Positions 46,060 through 60,048 of a DNA stretch of 64,000 nucleotides are shown piece by piece (positions within the stretch are counted from its first letter, which is position 1; every line of letters starts with the position of its first letter). A program made the position numbers and the translations under genes. The stretch is from the human T2T-CHM13v2.0 reference genome, Homo sapiens: NCBI RefSeq assembly GCF_009914755.1, contig NC_060936.1, one strand, 5' to 3'. The notes beneath the pieces were generated by a model. That model saw only the letters and a program-made list of their open reading frames with translations. It was not told the origin of the DNA and searched no databases.

Positions 46060-46849
46060 GAGCACTGGTTTCAGAGTCCAAGAACTGCTGTTTAAGGCTC
46101 AGCTTCACTGTGTAAGATTGGAGAGCCTCCTTAACCATTCATTTTCCTCAAATGTAGCATTAAGTAGGTTAAGGATCACAACAAGATATGTCCTGCTAAA
46201 AATCTGCACATAGGCTGTTTACTGATACATAACATAGTTGGCACTGGGGGCCCTGTTGAATTACTGGGCCCCTTCCTTCAACCCAATTCCCCTACTCCTT
46301 CATCCATCATGAAGCTTCCCTCTTATTACATCATGTGGTCTGAGGATGCTATAGGATAATGCACAGGAATTCTTCATAAACCTAAGTGGGGCTGCAGGGG
46401 ATAGGATGTAAATATTTGTTGTTAGCAAAGGTGAAGTGGTATAAAGTCAAAACCAGAAAGGGGTGCAAAATTATGCCCATGATAGCCAATAAGAAACTTT
46501 TATGCAACCACTGAAATTCTTGTGGCTTCTAAGATGAAGCATATATTTTGAGTAAACTTCAATGTAATTTAGTTGTAATATATTAAGCCCCTAGTAGACA
46601 TGTGCATTTTCCACATGCAGGACACAAATTATTTTACTGAGTTTTTAAAAATCCATTATACCTTGTTTAAAACCTCTAGCAATAAGGGCAAGATATGTTT
46701 TGAGTGCTCATCTATAACCACAAAATTTCCTCTCAGAAAACTTAACTTCTGCCTTCAATTATCAGAGTCAGTGGAGAAAGTTTAACTTTACATGGCATTT
46801 CCTTTCCTTTTATTTTTCAAATTATGAGAGATTTTAAACTTATAGTAAA

Positions 46850-47362
<513 letters not shown>

Positions 47363-47471
47363 TAGTTTGGGTTCTTAAGTGTTTCATGATTCCACCACTT
47401 TGTACAAAGATAAAATAACCCTCCAAATCTGGTAAATGTTAACATTTGGTATATTAGAAGCAGATTTCTTT

Positions 47472-47773
47472 CTTTCTTTCTTTCCTTTTTTTTTTTTTTT
47501 TTGACACGAAGTCTCACTCTGTTACCCAGACTGGAGTGTGGCGGCACAATGAAACCTTTGCCTCCCGGGTTCAAGAGATTCTCCTGCCTGAGCCTCCCGA
47601 GTAGCTGGGATTACAGGTATGAGCCACCACACCTGGCTAATTTTTGCATTTTTAGTAGAGACCAGGTTTCACCATGTTGACCAGGCTGGTGTTGAACATC
47701 TGACCTCAGGTGATCCACCTGCCTTGGTCTCCCAAGGTGCTGAGATTACAGGCATGAGCCACCGCGCTCAGCC
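47472..47773 (-). mobile_element. AluSx-like SINE
   Basis: Dimer with a small right-arm deletion; flanks cagatt(t/c)cttt. Confidence 0.9.
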
Positions 47774-48501
47774 CAGATTCCTTTCTTCTTTGGATGGTGG
47801 CAAGATTATAAACAGAACAGAGCCAGTTGACCCATACTTTGTGCCCCTTCCTGAACCCATTGTTCTTAATAGAGCATTTCCAATGAGCCAGCATTAGTCA
47901 GGAAACCATTAGTTTCTCATCAGTGGCACAGTGTGTCTTTGAAAATTCATGCCTGAAAATCCTACAAGTATATGAGAAAATATGATTTTTAAAAGTTGAA
48001 TTATGGGTCAGATATTTTAAAATGCTAACATGTTGCAAATTTTGCTAAAAAATGTATTCTTCATCAGACATTTACCTTTAACTGAAGGAAAAAATATGGA
48101 CAGTACTGTATGGGATTCATAACCAATACTGCCTGATTTTTTTCATAATACATCATCATAATAAACTCCTTGATTCAGTTATCTTCTTTCAAGGTACGAA
48201 TTCTCTTATGGGCTTTGCAGTGGTATTCAATAGCCAGTGTATTATTGTAAGTGTTTTTGTATAATTCCAATAGTGGATTTAAGAGTTAAGATTTAAGAAT
48301 TTCCATAATACCTCACTGTTCTGTATAGCAAATGGTTTTCTTGCATCAGAAAAAAATCCACATTAACCTTTAAAATAAGATTTTTAAGATTTGTTGAAGC
48401 CCTTAATTTACTATCTTTCCTAGTTCTTTTAAAACTCTTGTCAAAATAATTTTAGCATGCTGCCAAGCTAAAGCAAAGTTTTATTGGGCTGTTTAGCAGT
48501 T

Positions 48502-48830
<329 letters not shown>

Positions 48831-48924
48831 AGGTTAACAGTTAGTTTAATACCTACAATTCAGTGACTTCTGAATGTGAAATAAAAACTTACTTTTGCAA
48901 CACATAGATTCAAGCAGCATCTTA

Positions 48925-49050
48925 ATCACATATATTATCAAATTATTCAACAAATATTTATCAAGCTTCAATTCCAGGCACTTTTCTATATATAGGGATA
49001 CCGCCGTGAACAAAACCTGCCCTGTTGAGCTTACATTCTAGTGGGGGTAG
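48925..49050 (-). mobile_element. L2 3' fragment
   Basis: attcaacaaatatttatcaagc...ccaggcact...gagcttacattctagtgggg. Confidence 0.7.
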
Positions 49051-49136
49051 GAGGGTTGCATTTTATAGGATTTTTCTGTCATCAGGAGGGTGGTCAGCTC
49101 TGTCTTTGGTGTCCATTAATAAAATGAGTTAGTTTC

Positions 49137-49330
49137 TGCTATGGTTTGAATGTTCATGTTCCTCTAAAATTGCTGCGTTAAAACCTAATCAGCCAAGTGA
49201 TGGTATTAAAAGATGAGGGTCTTTCGGAGGTGATTAAATCATGAGAGCAGAGACCTCATGGATGGGATTAATGCCCTTAAGAAGGAGGCTTGAGGGAACT
49301 TGTTAGACCGTTTTGACCTTCTACCAGAAA
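49137..49330 (+). mobile_element. MST/MLT1A-type LTR, 5' half
   Basis: tgctatggtttgaatgt...gaggtgattaaatcatgag...atgggattaatgccctt. Confidence 0.75.
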
Positions 49331-49561
49331 AGGAGGAGCAGTTTATTTTGCAGCTTCTTGTATGACAGAAAGACTAATGTGAGGAAGTTTTGAAACAGGT
49401 AAATGCTGCCAACCATATTTTTAAACAGTACAAAGTTTAGGCAGGAGTTTTTAATCTGCTCTCTCTGGCTGGACTTCACGGATCAGTAAAACCTTTTACA
49501 TTATAAAGAAAATTTTATGTACATCTTCATTCCTCTCTTTGATCAGATTATTAAGGGAGTT

Positions 49562-49773
49562 CAGTCTTTCTTAACTAAGGCCATTGTTGCTATTTTGGGT
49601 GGAATCATGCTTTTTTGTGAGGGGCTGTCCCAGATTTTGCAAGACATATAGCATCATTGGAAGTCTGTACAATATTTTAAATGCAAGTAGTAACCTCTAG
49701 TCTTTGTGACAACCCCAAACAACCCATATATTCGCAAATGCCGCCCAGGGGCGCCTGGATTGAAAAATCGCTG
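49562..49773 (-). mobile_element. MER20 DNA transposon
   Basis: TIRs cagtctttcttaac / ttgaaaaatcgctg; tgtgacaacccc core. Confidence 0.72.
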
Positions 49774-49949
49774 AACGTTACGTATTCCCAAAGAAGACTG
49801 AGGAGAGCACTGTTTTCTAAAGCTTTGACTGCCACAGTGTTGAAAGATTTTTTTCTTGCTTATGAGATGATCTACTTACAGAGAATAGATGGATGGGACT
49901 GGAAACCTCAATTAGGTGGATTAACAGGTATTGTGGGAGTACCTGAGAA

Positions 49950-50220
49950 ATAGAAGTGTAGAAAGAAGGCATCAAAATGAGGTATCTGACTTTAAGTTCA
50001 GATGTTCAAGCAGTTCTAGATGATGACAAAGTTCAACTGTGGCCATGGAAGTGAATGGCTCATGTGGGTGGAGATGAATATCATTAGAGATGAAAAGGTC
50101 AAGGCATAAAACGACCCATGTAGTTAGATGAGTTATTCACATGTGGATTGAAAAGACTCAGAATAGTGGCAGGGCTTGAAATGAAAGAGAATTGTGCTAG
50201 GTAATAGAACTTTAAAACGT
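49950..50220 (-). mobile_element. L2 internal fragment
   Basis: Degenerate L2 motifs (gatgatgacaaagttcaactgtggccatgg...). Confidence 0.5.
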
Positions 50221-50234
50221 GAAGCTGACATCTG

Positions 50235-50755
50235 ACATTTGAAAAGCTGTTCAACATCTCCAATAATCACACAAATACAAAGTAAAGAATAATTGGGTTC
50301 TATTTTTTTTGCCAGTTTGATAAACTTAAAAGATTGATAATATATATTACCTACTGGGGACAAAGGAGACAAATTGGCACTCATGCATTACTGTAGGAAA
50401 TGCTACGATCTTTTTGGAAGAAGATCTGGCAATGTATATTAATTCTTCCATTCCACTCTTGAGAAGCTATTCTGCAGAAATACACTTAGCAGCATGGAAG
50501 CCACGTAGACAAAGCTGTCTATCGCAGTCTTGATAGCAGTATTACAAAAAAACTGGAAACAATTAAGATACCGATCAACAGTGGAACAGTGCACCACCTT
50601 ATAAAGTAGTAGGCACTTACAAAAAGAACAAGTTAGAAACAAATGTTTTAAAAGAAAATATCTATAATATATTAGATAAAATGTTTTTAAGTTACAGAAT
50701 TATGTGGAGTAAACAGAAGTAAATAAATTCTATACATGTTGGTATGAAAATAGAA
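50235..50755 (+). mobile_element. Old L1ME-type fragment
   Basis: tgaaaagctgttcaacatct...ggcactcatgcattactg...aactggaaacaa. Confidence 0.6.
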
Positions 50756-50760
50756 AAAGT

Positions 50761-51077
<317 letters not shown>

Positions 51078-52199
51078 AAAATAGAGAAAGGTATGAATGC
51101 TTACCAATTTATTCACATGGCATATAAGATTGAAGAGAAGAGAGATTATGAGTGCTTTCCTTATACATCTTGACTTTTTTAAAACCTGTTTTAAATATGC
51201 TTATTACTTTTACCATTGAAAATAAAACTATCATAATGAGCAAAACAATCCATTTCCTCAAAAGAGATTCATTTTTTTCTGTAAAGGGATAATAGAAGTA
51301 TACAAATAAATTAAAAGGCAGAACAATTGATGAGCCCTGAAAGAGATGAATGAATTAATAGTTTCTTGAGAACATAATCTAAATTAAGAGCTCTTAGGAC
51401 TTTTCTCATACCTCACAATATTTCTAAGGAAAAAAACAACCTATTCACATTTTCATTCAGATGTTCATGTAGAGGTTTTTCTATAGTGAGATCTACCTTG
51501 TGGAAAATTTTCTTCTTTAACCCCTGTGTTAGGGGTATATTCAAATATTTTTTAAAAATTACTTTAGAATGTCATAATCTCTAGTTTTGTAACAATTGTA
51601 AAACAGTCTTTAGAAATTAATAGGCACTCCCTAACACGTCTTGTTTCATCGTCCAAGAAGTATCCCTAAAACTATTCACAGCATCTTTAGGTACTGCCTG
51701 GAACCAGTGTAGTGTTTTACCAAACACAGCCCATCTCTAGCCTTTGGCTATAGATACAGTATTACATGTTATGAAAATAGATAAAGAAAAATAAGAAACA
51801 GAAGGCGTATGATAGGAATGAATCTCAACGAAAGTGATAAAAAATTGGTGCATGTGAATAGTGTGCTTTGCAGAACCTGGGGTATAGAAACAACTCCTTC
51901 ATCACAAATTGTGATAGTATTACTGTTTTTTTTTCTCCACCCATTTTAAGCTAATGCATTATGTTAGCAGCTATGAACCTGGGAGTCATCAGTGAACTCC
52001 ACCCCTTACTTCCAGTTTCACAAGAACCATAAGTAGGTGGATAGGTGTGCAGTAGGGTGGTGGCCCTGTCACATCCATCATGCCCCTGCCAGTCCAGTTG
52101 TTGAGCCAACAGGAGGCTGCAATGCTGTAAGGAATAAAGGACAACTTCTGCCCAACTTATTATCTTCAGTTAAACACAATTTGAAACTTCACTTGTTAC

Positions 52200-52394
52200 A
52201 TGATATGGTAAGAGCATTGACTTTGGAATCAAATCCCAGCTTTAGAGTTTCTAATTGTGTGATCTGGAATGTCATTTTCCCCTCCTATCATTAGTTTCTC
52301 TGCCTGTAAAAATTGGGCTTACACCAGCTTCATAGAGTTTTTGTAAAGATAAAGTGAGAAAATATGTGAAAAGCTCCTAGTACAAAGCATGCTC
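52200..52394 (+). mobile_element. MIR
   Basis: aagagcattgactttggaatc...agtttctctgcctgtaaaaattggg. Confidence 0.75.
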
Positions 52395-52411
52395 AGAAAA
52401 TATTGACTCTA

Positions 52412-52522
52412 GGCCGGGCATGGCAGCTCACACTTGTAATCCTAGCACTTTGGGAGGCCAAGGCAGAAGCATCCCTTGAGCCCAGGAGTTTGAGACCAAT
52501 GTGGGCAACACAGGGAGACCCA
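52412..52522 (+). mobile_element. FLAM-type Alu monomer
   Basis: Left-arm monomer only; TSD agaaaatattgact(c/t)ta encloses the monomer plus the purine tract. Confidence 0.88.
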
Positions 52523-52646
52523 GAAAGAAAGAAAGAAAAAAAGAAAGAAAGAGAGAGAGGGAAGGAAGGAAGGAAGGAAGGACGGAAGGAAGGAAGGAAG
52601 GAAGGAAGGAAGGAAAAGAAGGAAGGAAGGAAGGAAAGAAAGAAAG

Positions 52647-52681
<35 letters not shown>

Positions 52682-52759
52682 AAAGAAAGGAAGGAAGGAA
52701 AGCAGGAAAGAAAGAAAGAAATAAAGAAAGAGAAAGAAAGAAAAGGAAGGAAGGAAGGA

Positions 52760-52815
<56 letters not shown>

Positions 52816-52823
52816 AAACAAAG
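52522..52823. repeat. ~300-bp (GAAA)n/(GGAA)n polypurine microsatellite
   Basis: Directly visible. Confidence 0.97.
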
Positions 52824-53016
52824 AGAAAATATTGACTTTATATCTCGTTGTCTACCTGGCTTGCGCTGTCTGACACTGGCCTCTAATTTAATGCTTGTCT
52901 CACTATCTAGTTAACTTCCTTTCTGTCCTTCCTGGCCCTTTTGCTTCTCTAAATGGATTTTCTTTTCTCTGGAACAATTTTTCTTTCTTAAATATTGTGC
53001 CCCTTTAAAGTTATAG

Positions 53017-53028
53017 CCACTAGAGGGC
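53017..53028 (+). promoter_or_regulatory. Candidate CTCF site
   Basis: CCACTAGAGGGC matches the CCASYAGRKGGC core 12/12; motif only. Confidence 0.4.
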
Positions 53029-53726
53029 TATCAAACAAGATCCAATCCACTCTCCCTGACCACATTTGGAATCAGACGGTGGGATTAAGTAATCACAAAA
53101 TGTTGAAAAAACTTTAAAAAGCATCTAATCTAACTCCTAACTTTAAGAATAAGGAAACTACATATTTAAACAAACACAAACAGGTAATTGTTATGTTTTT
53201 CAAATCACTAGACCTCTCTATAAATCTATAGTTAAAAAATAAATTTTATGTTATTTTAAAAGTTTTCTGACTTTCAAACTACTTATTAAAAAAGACATAT
53301 GTGAGGGCAAATAAATCTCCATTAGTATCAAAGGTAGTTTGTAGATTATTTTTGTTAATTCACTTCAAATAAAGTCCAAATATAAATCTACATAAAATCT
53401 ACAAATAGTCCAAAATAAATCTACATAGTTAACATATTCAATTAAAAATGTATAATCTCTAAATTCGAAATATCTTAGATAAATTTTTTTTGCTTTAACA
53501 TTCAACGAATTGAAATTTGTCTGTACTTAGATATCCAAGCAACTTGATACTGTAATCTCTTAATTTTCAACACTTATTCATTCTAAAATATACACAAACT
53601 ATGCCAAGTGTTTATACTTACCTGGAAACTAATACAAAATATAATGCCATAATTGAAAAGTAGCCTTAAGTAAATACTACATGCTATTGAAAGTATAAAT
53701 TAAAAATTTAAACAATAAAGAAATGA

Positions 53727-53977
53727 GGCCAGGCGCGGTGGCTCATGCCTGTAATCCCAGCACTTTGGGAGGCGGAGGCAGGCAGATCACTTGAGGTCAG
53801 CAGTTTGAGACCAGCCTGGCCAGCATGGTGAAAACTGTCTCTACTAAAAACACAAAAATTAGCCGGAAATCACTTGAACCTGGCAGGCGAGGCTGCAGTG
53901 AGCCGAGATCGCGTCACCGCACTCCAGCCTGGGCGACAGAGTGAGACTCCGTCTCAAAAATAAATAAATAAAATAAA
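53727..53977 (+). mobile_element. AluS with a ~50-bp right-arm deletion
   Basis: ttagccgg joined directly to aaatcacttgaacc. Confidence 0.9.
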
Positions 53978-54899
53978 ATAAAGAATGAATGAAAATTCCA
54001 TGTAAAATACACAGTCCAGAAGAAACCTTATATATTTGTTCATCTACTTTTCACACATATACACAGAGGCCATGTGTCCAGAAAGATGTTTTCTATTTCA
54101 CTTTTATTTGTTCCCTACATCATTCTCTCATTTAAATAATGTTGCTTTGATATTTTTGAGAATGTATCAGACCCCAGACAATTCTACCACAGAAACTCTG
54201 GTGGCACTGAGAGTTTTGACTGTGTCTTAGATCTGCAGTAGAGGGGCCTGAGCAGCCAGAAGCTCCCAAATATGGAAGGGTCAAATATATTCTCATGCTT
54301 AAGTTATATTTTAAGAAAAGGCACATATAAACTGTTCATAAACCGGTTCTTATATTTGGCAAAATTAAGCTAACACTTTTATATACATTGAACATGCTAA
54401 ATTCTGATTTTAACGGGAACCAATGACTATACTGTGGAATTCTTGGCTTTAGTAAAATGGGGAGGAGAGTTTTTGTTGTTGTTGTTGTTGTTTGTTAAAC
54501 AGATATTTGTTTAGGTGCTTAGAGCATTTTAGGAATCGTATACAAGAAACTTAACTGGACAACCTTGAGAGGTGAGCTGAAGGAGAAAACGTTCACTTTC
54601 CATCCCCCTAAATGTTTACTTTTCATTTTATACCCCTGTGTTCCATTTTGATTGAGTGTGTGTGTTTGTTTTTTGGCCAGCAGCATCACCTTCATAAAAA
54701 GGACCAATTAATTTGGTTAGGCTAAAAACCTTCTGGTTTGAGCCTTGCATTGCAAACACTACCCATGATAAAGCTTTATGTATATTGTCTCACATCTTCA
54801 TTGCCAAGTAGATGTGACTAATACTGGACTCCCCAGGCTACCCTCCATTACCAAATGTGCCTAAACTTGGAGGCTGCTTCAGGCCGCTCTCTCTTTGTG

Positions 54900-55200
54900 C
54901 CTCATTTCCTGAGTCCTCTTTTTTTTTTTCTCTGTGTGCACTCACTCCACTGGTGATCTCACCCTGCCCTCTGACTCTTAGGAGATTGTCCAAATTTCCT
55001 AGACCCCCTCCGCACTCTAGACACACACATGCATTGCACCTACCTCTTCAAAAGCTCCACTTGGATATCAGGTAGACACCTAAAATTAAACTTGTGCAAA
55101 ACTGAACTCATCTTCCCCCTAAAACTTGCTCTACCATAGCCTTCCAAATCTCAGTTGATGGTATATCCAGGCTTCTAGTTGTGCCAGTCTATAACCTGAG
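54900..55200 (+). mobile_element. L2 fragment
   Basis: ctccacttggatatcaggtagacacctaaaattaaacttgtgcaaaactgaactc. Confidence 0.7.
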
Positions 55201-55799
55201 TAAAAGAACGACTGGAAAGTAGAGTGTGACCCATAATGCCAGCTGCCTAAAAATGAAGATAGATTTGGATATTAGGATTGAATATATCATAAAATCATTA
55301 AAATGATGTCTGAAATGTTTAAAGTTAACTCATTTTAAATCTAGGATTTAGATTTTAACATTTTCATTTCTTTTGAATATGTCACCTTTTTACAAGCTAA
55401 AAAACAGAATCAAAATAAAGCAATCTGGTCCTCCAGGGATCCAAGGATCCAGGCTGAGTCTTTCAATCATTATCAGAATGACATCATAAAACAAGGTGCT
55501 AGCAATAATGCTAGCTGAGTTATAAACTCAGAATAATAACCACTTATGTACATTTTTCATTAGGAAACAACCAAAAGTCCAGTCTTTAAATGCATGATCT
55601 ACAGAACACCTTGATTTACAAGGACAAAATGATGCAAATTATATGTTGTCCAACCTATTGGTAGACCAGATCCAGAGCTGACCACGAACTGGTAAACAGA
55701 GAAAGTGTTTACATTTTAAAAACTTGCTCTGTGGGATAAAAAAATTCCTGGTTGCTATCAATAAGAAAGTAAGTAAAAAATATTACAGATGAATCAGAA

Positions 55800-56445
<646 letters not shown>

Positions 56446-56490
56446 AACCCACACTGATACTTGATTTTGCCAACGTCTTCCATTAAAACA

Positions 56491-56954
56491 TGAAGTTAGA
56501 GATAAATATAGGGGATAAGTGAGAAATTCTCCCTGGGGCCTGAAAGCTTGAAGGGATGAGTAACTCCTCCCTTCGCAGACCCAGTCCCAAGGCGCAAGGC
56601 TACTTGCGTCAACAGGGTGCGTCAGCAAGATAGCAGAAGCGGGAAGAGAGCCGGCGGGAAGACACCTACCCTGGCCGGAAGACAGCTACCCTGGCTGGAA
56701 AACACGTACCCCTGAAGATCTGAAGATCGAGAAAGACGCCGTGCGGGTACTATGTAGCAGTCAGGTCAGACTGGGACACTTCCTGTTTACAGAGGACTAT
56801 AAAACCCCTGTCCCATACTCACTTGGGGCTGATGCCATTTTAGGCCTCAGCCCGCCTGCACCCAGGCGCTCATTAAAACAGCATGTTGCTCCACACCACC
56901 TCGTGTTGTCTGTTGGCGCACTCTCAGGGTTCGAACTTACACAAGAACCCTTCA
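56491..56954 (+). mobile_element. ERV1 solo LTR, LTR15-like (family tentative)
   Basis: TGAAG...CTTCA inverted termini; three 20-bp repeats at 56651-56710; TATAAAA at 56798-56804; downstream ATTAAA. Confidence 0.75.
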
Positions 56955-58120
56955 ATAAGATACTTTGATATTTCAAAAATCAGTTACCTCTTAATAAGAA
57001 ATTAGACATACTGCATTCTTCCATTTGGTACAAAAACAAATTGACAGTGCAGACTAAAAGAAATGCTTAACTCTAAAGAGGGTGGTGACAGCAACACTTT
57101 CGACACAGAATAACTTCTCATTTTCATAGTTAGTATTTCTATTCTTCCATCATGCATATTACTGTTGAAAAACTTGGCAGGAGCTTTTGCCAGGGTCAAG
57201 AGATGGGAAACAGAACATGTCCTAATTAGCTAATTGTAAGCTCAGTTAATATCTTTGGGATGGGCCCGTAAAATCTGGTTATTGTTTTGTTAAACATATG
57301 CAAACTACAGGATTCCTTAGCCCTTTAGCTATAGTTTTCTGCTCAATATCTTAAAGCTGGGGCAGTCCCACTGAGACTCTTTTCCTCAGGGCTGAGGTGG
57401 GTGCTAGTCATCAAAATCTGGAAAGTTATTGTAGGAGTTAAAATCTCAATGGGAACACCAGAATGCCTAGGAGCAGGACTGGAACGACACTTGCCCCACC
57501 CTTGCTGATGTAGTGGACCAGCAAGAAGGAGCCTATGATATTGAGAAAGGCATTAATCAAAAACAGCACAGTACCAAGTGCAGTGCCTTATAAGAGATCA
57601 TGGGAGGGCTTTTCTTAAACTCAAGGTCAATGTAGCTATTGTCTGTGCTGGGGAGCCTTGACTATTTCACTTTACTACTGGGGGTTCCAGCAGCCAGGCT
57701 GTTATAATAACAGCATTATAACACACTGACAGCTATAGTCAAGAGCCAGATCCCAGCTTATCTTGCCACCAAGGTTTCCTGCTTTCTAATTTTTCCAAAG
57801 TAACACAGAGATTAAGTGGAAGAGTGATGACTCAAATCCAGGTTCACCTCACACCATAGTATTGCCTGTCCCCTGCCTCTGTGGAGCATTGATCCAGGTT
57901 TCCTGTGCACTGAGTGCTCACAGACAGTTGGTCTGTCAGACCACATCGTCTGGCCCACCTAACAGCCGGCCATCCAGCAAGGGCTGTTGTTCTTGTTTTT
58001 AATAATCCCCTTAGAAAACATTTTAGTGACTCTACGCCAATTCTCTGATACTTAACCTTAATTCTTACTTATAGCCCTTGCACATAGTGAAGAGTGGTGA
58101 TCTGATTAATTCATTCATTC

Positions 58121-58892
58121 TGAGGACTAAGCTCTGATTTTTCTTATCTTGCCCAAATTCCTACCTAAGGGGTCTGGGGAGTCATACCTTACAAACCATA
58201 AATTCTCATCAGATGGGTTTTATTTAACCCTATGTATCCTGACTTACTTTCTGATCTGACTCTGGCATAGCATTACGTGACAAAGAAGAACATCAAATTA
58301 TTCTACCCCAAAACATGTTTCTTTGCCATATTTTGAAATGGCCCTACAAAGCTATCCTTTGTGGGAAAAAAATTTGCATCTGTAAAGAATCTCTATTGAC
58401 AGCACTAGATATTTTTCTTCTAGGCCCTCCCAATTCTGAAGAGATTAACTGAGAGTCTAGCATTTTTTAAAGTTCAGAATAGGAAACATTTGTCATCTAT
58501 TGTATCTAAGGGCAGCCACTATGAGACTTCAAAAGAACTTTGGTCTCCACAATCTTTTGTCTTAACCTGAACATTTCCTTTCTATGATCCCAGGTCTTTA
58601 GAAAAACTCAACCAATTGTCAACCAGAAAATGTTTAAATTGCCTAAACACCCTCCCTTCCCCCACCAGCTTGAATTGTCCCACCTTTCTGGACCAAACCA
58701 ATGTATTTCTTAAATGTACTTGATTGATGGCTCATGCTTCCCTAAAATGTATAAAACCAAGCTGCAACCAACCGCCTTGGGCACATGTTCTCAGGACCTC
58801 CTGAAGGCTGTGTCATGGGCCATGGTCACTCATATTTGGCTCAGAATAAATGTCTTCAAATATTTTACAGAGTTTCACTGTTTTCATAAACA
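58121..58892 (+). mobile_element. MER4E/MER4D-type solo LTR (ERV1) inserted in an L2
   Basis: tgaggactaagctctgatt...ggctcagaataaa...cataaaca; TSD attc/attg. Confidence 0.85.
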
Positions 58893-59036
58893 ATTGAACA
58901 AATATTTCTTGAGTTCCTACTATGGACCAGGCAAAAGGCTAGGAGAAAATCTAGAGCCAAACAAACAAATCCCATAGTAATTGTCTGCATGAAACTGATG
59001 ATCTAGTAGTGTAAATAGAAATGGGAGATTGGAAAT

Positions 59037-59082
59037 ATTAAAGAGTAATAGTAAAACTGCAATTACGTTTGCACCAACCTAA
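59037..59082. mobile_element. Half MADE1 (Hsmar1 MITE)
   Basis: aaaactgcaattacgtttgcaccaacctaa equals one MADE1 TIR arm, followed by TA. Confidence 0.8.
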
Positions 59083-59529
59083 TAGATGTTAAAGAAAAGT
59101 AAAATTACATCTGTGATATAAATGATATAAAGAAGACAGTGCTGTTATGAGAATTAAACTGGAAAAGAGAGTTTAAGAAAGCGTCCCTGTGGAATTGAAG
59201 AAAGAACTGCAATCTGAAGAAAAAAATGAGTAAAGTCGGTGAGGGGGCAGCTTTCCAGGCAAGTGTCATAACCTGTGAAAGACTCTTGCGATGCGAGGAG
59301 CATCTCCCATTTCAGGAAAGGAAAAAATGACCTGAAGCACAGAAAGTGTGCTTCAAGAAGAGGCTTGAGGAGAAAGGAATTCAGATTATGTAGGGGCTTA
59401 TGGACAAAGTTAAATATTTTAGTCTTTCCCAAGAGTTATGAAAAGTAATTGAGAGAACAATCACAGGATTAGATTTGCAGTGGGAAAAGGTCACTGGCTA
59501 CTGCGACTGGAATGGATGGGCTCAAGAGA

Positions 59530-60030
59530 AATGTGTGCACATGTGGAGCACGTGACATGGATAAAAATGTTCACAGCAGTATGCTCCTCTTAATAGCCCT
59601 AAACTAGAACCAGACCAAAGGATTATCAAGAGTAGAGTGAATAAATACATTGTGCTGTAAAAGTATTACCATATAGTATGAGAATGAACAAACAACTACA
59701 CACTACAACATTAATGAACTTCATGCACATAACATTAAGTAAAAGAATACAGACAGAAAGATGTAAACAATATGATCCTATCTGTATAAAGTTTAAAGCA
59801 GGCAAAACTAATGTGGTGTTAGAAGACAGGATAGTGATGGCACTAGGAGTGGGAAGGGCTGGTAATTAAAAGGAAAGCAGCATAGGGTGGGCCTCTGCAG
59901 TGCTGGCAAATGCTCTATTTCTTAACCTGGGTGGTGGTTAAACAGGATTTGTGATCATGCATTGAGCTGGATGTTTATGTTTCATGAAGTTTTCATATAT
60001 GTGTAATATAAAATTTTAAAATATTAAAGA
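59530..60030 (+). mobile_element. L1ME-type 3' end
   Basis: aaatgttcacagcag...tataaagtttaaagcaggcaaaactaa...ctatttcttaacctgggtggtggtta. Confidence 0.7.
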
Positions 60031-60048
60031 AATTTTAAAGAATAAATT

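Noticed and set aside
49741-49755. CTCF-like ccgcccaggggcgc in MER20
   Set aside because: Core AG positions are out of register with the consensus
52393-52914. Long K/E/R-rich or F/S/L-rich ORFs (also 31324-31627 and 4112-4511)
   Set aside because: Stop-free microsatellite translations
56651-56710. Three 20-bp repeats as a CRISPR-like array
   Set aside because: Head-to-tail with no spacers; LTR enhancer repeats in eukaryotic DNA
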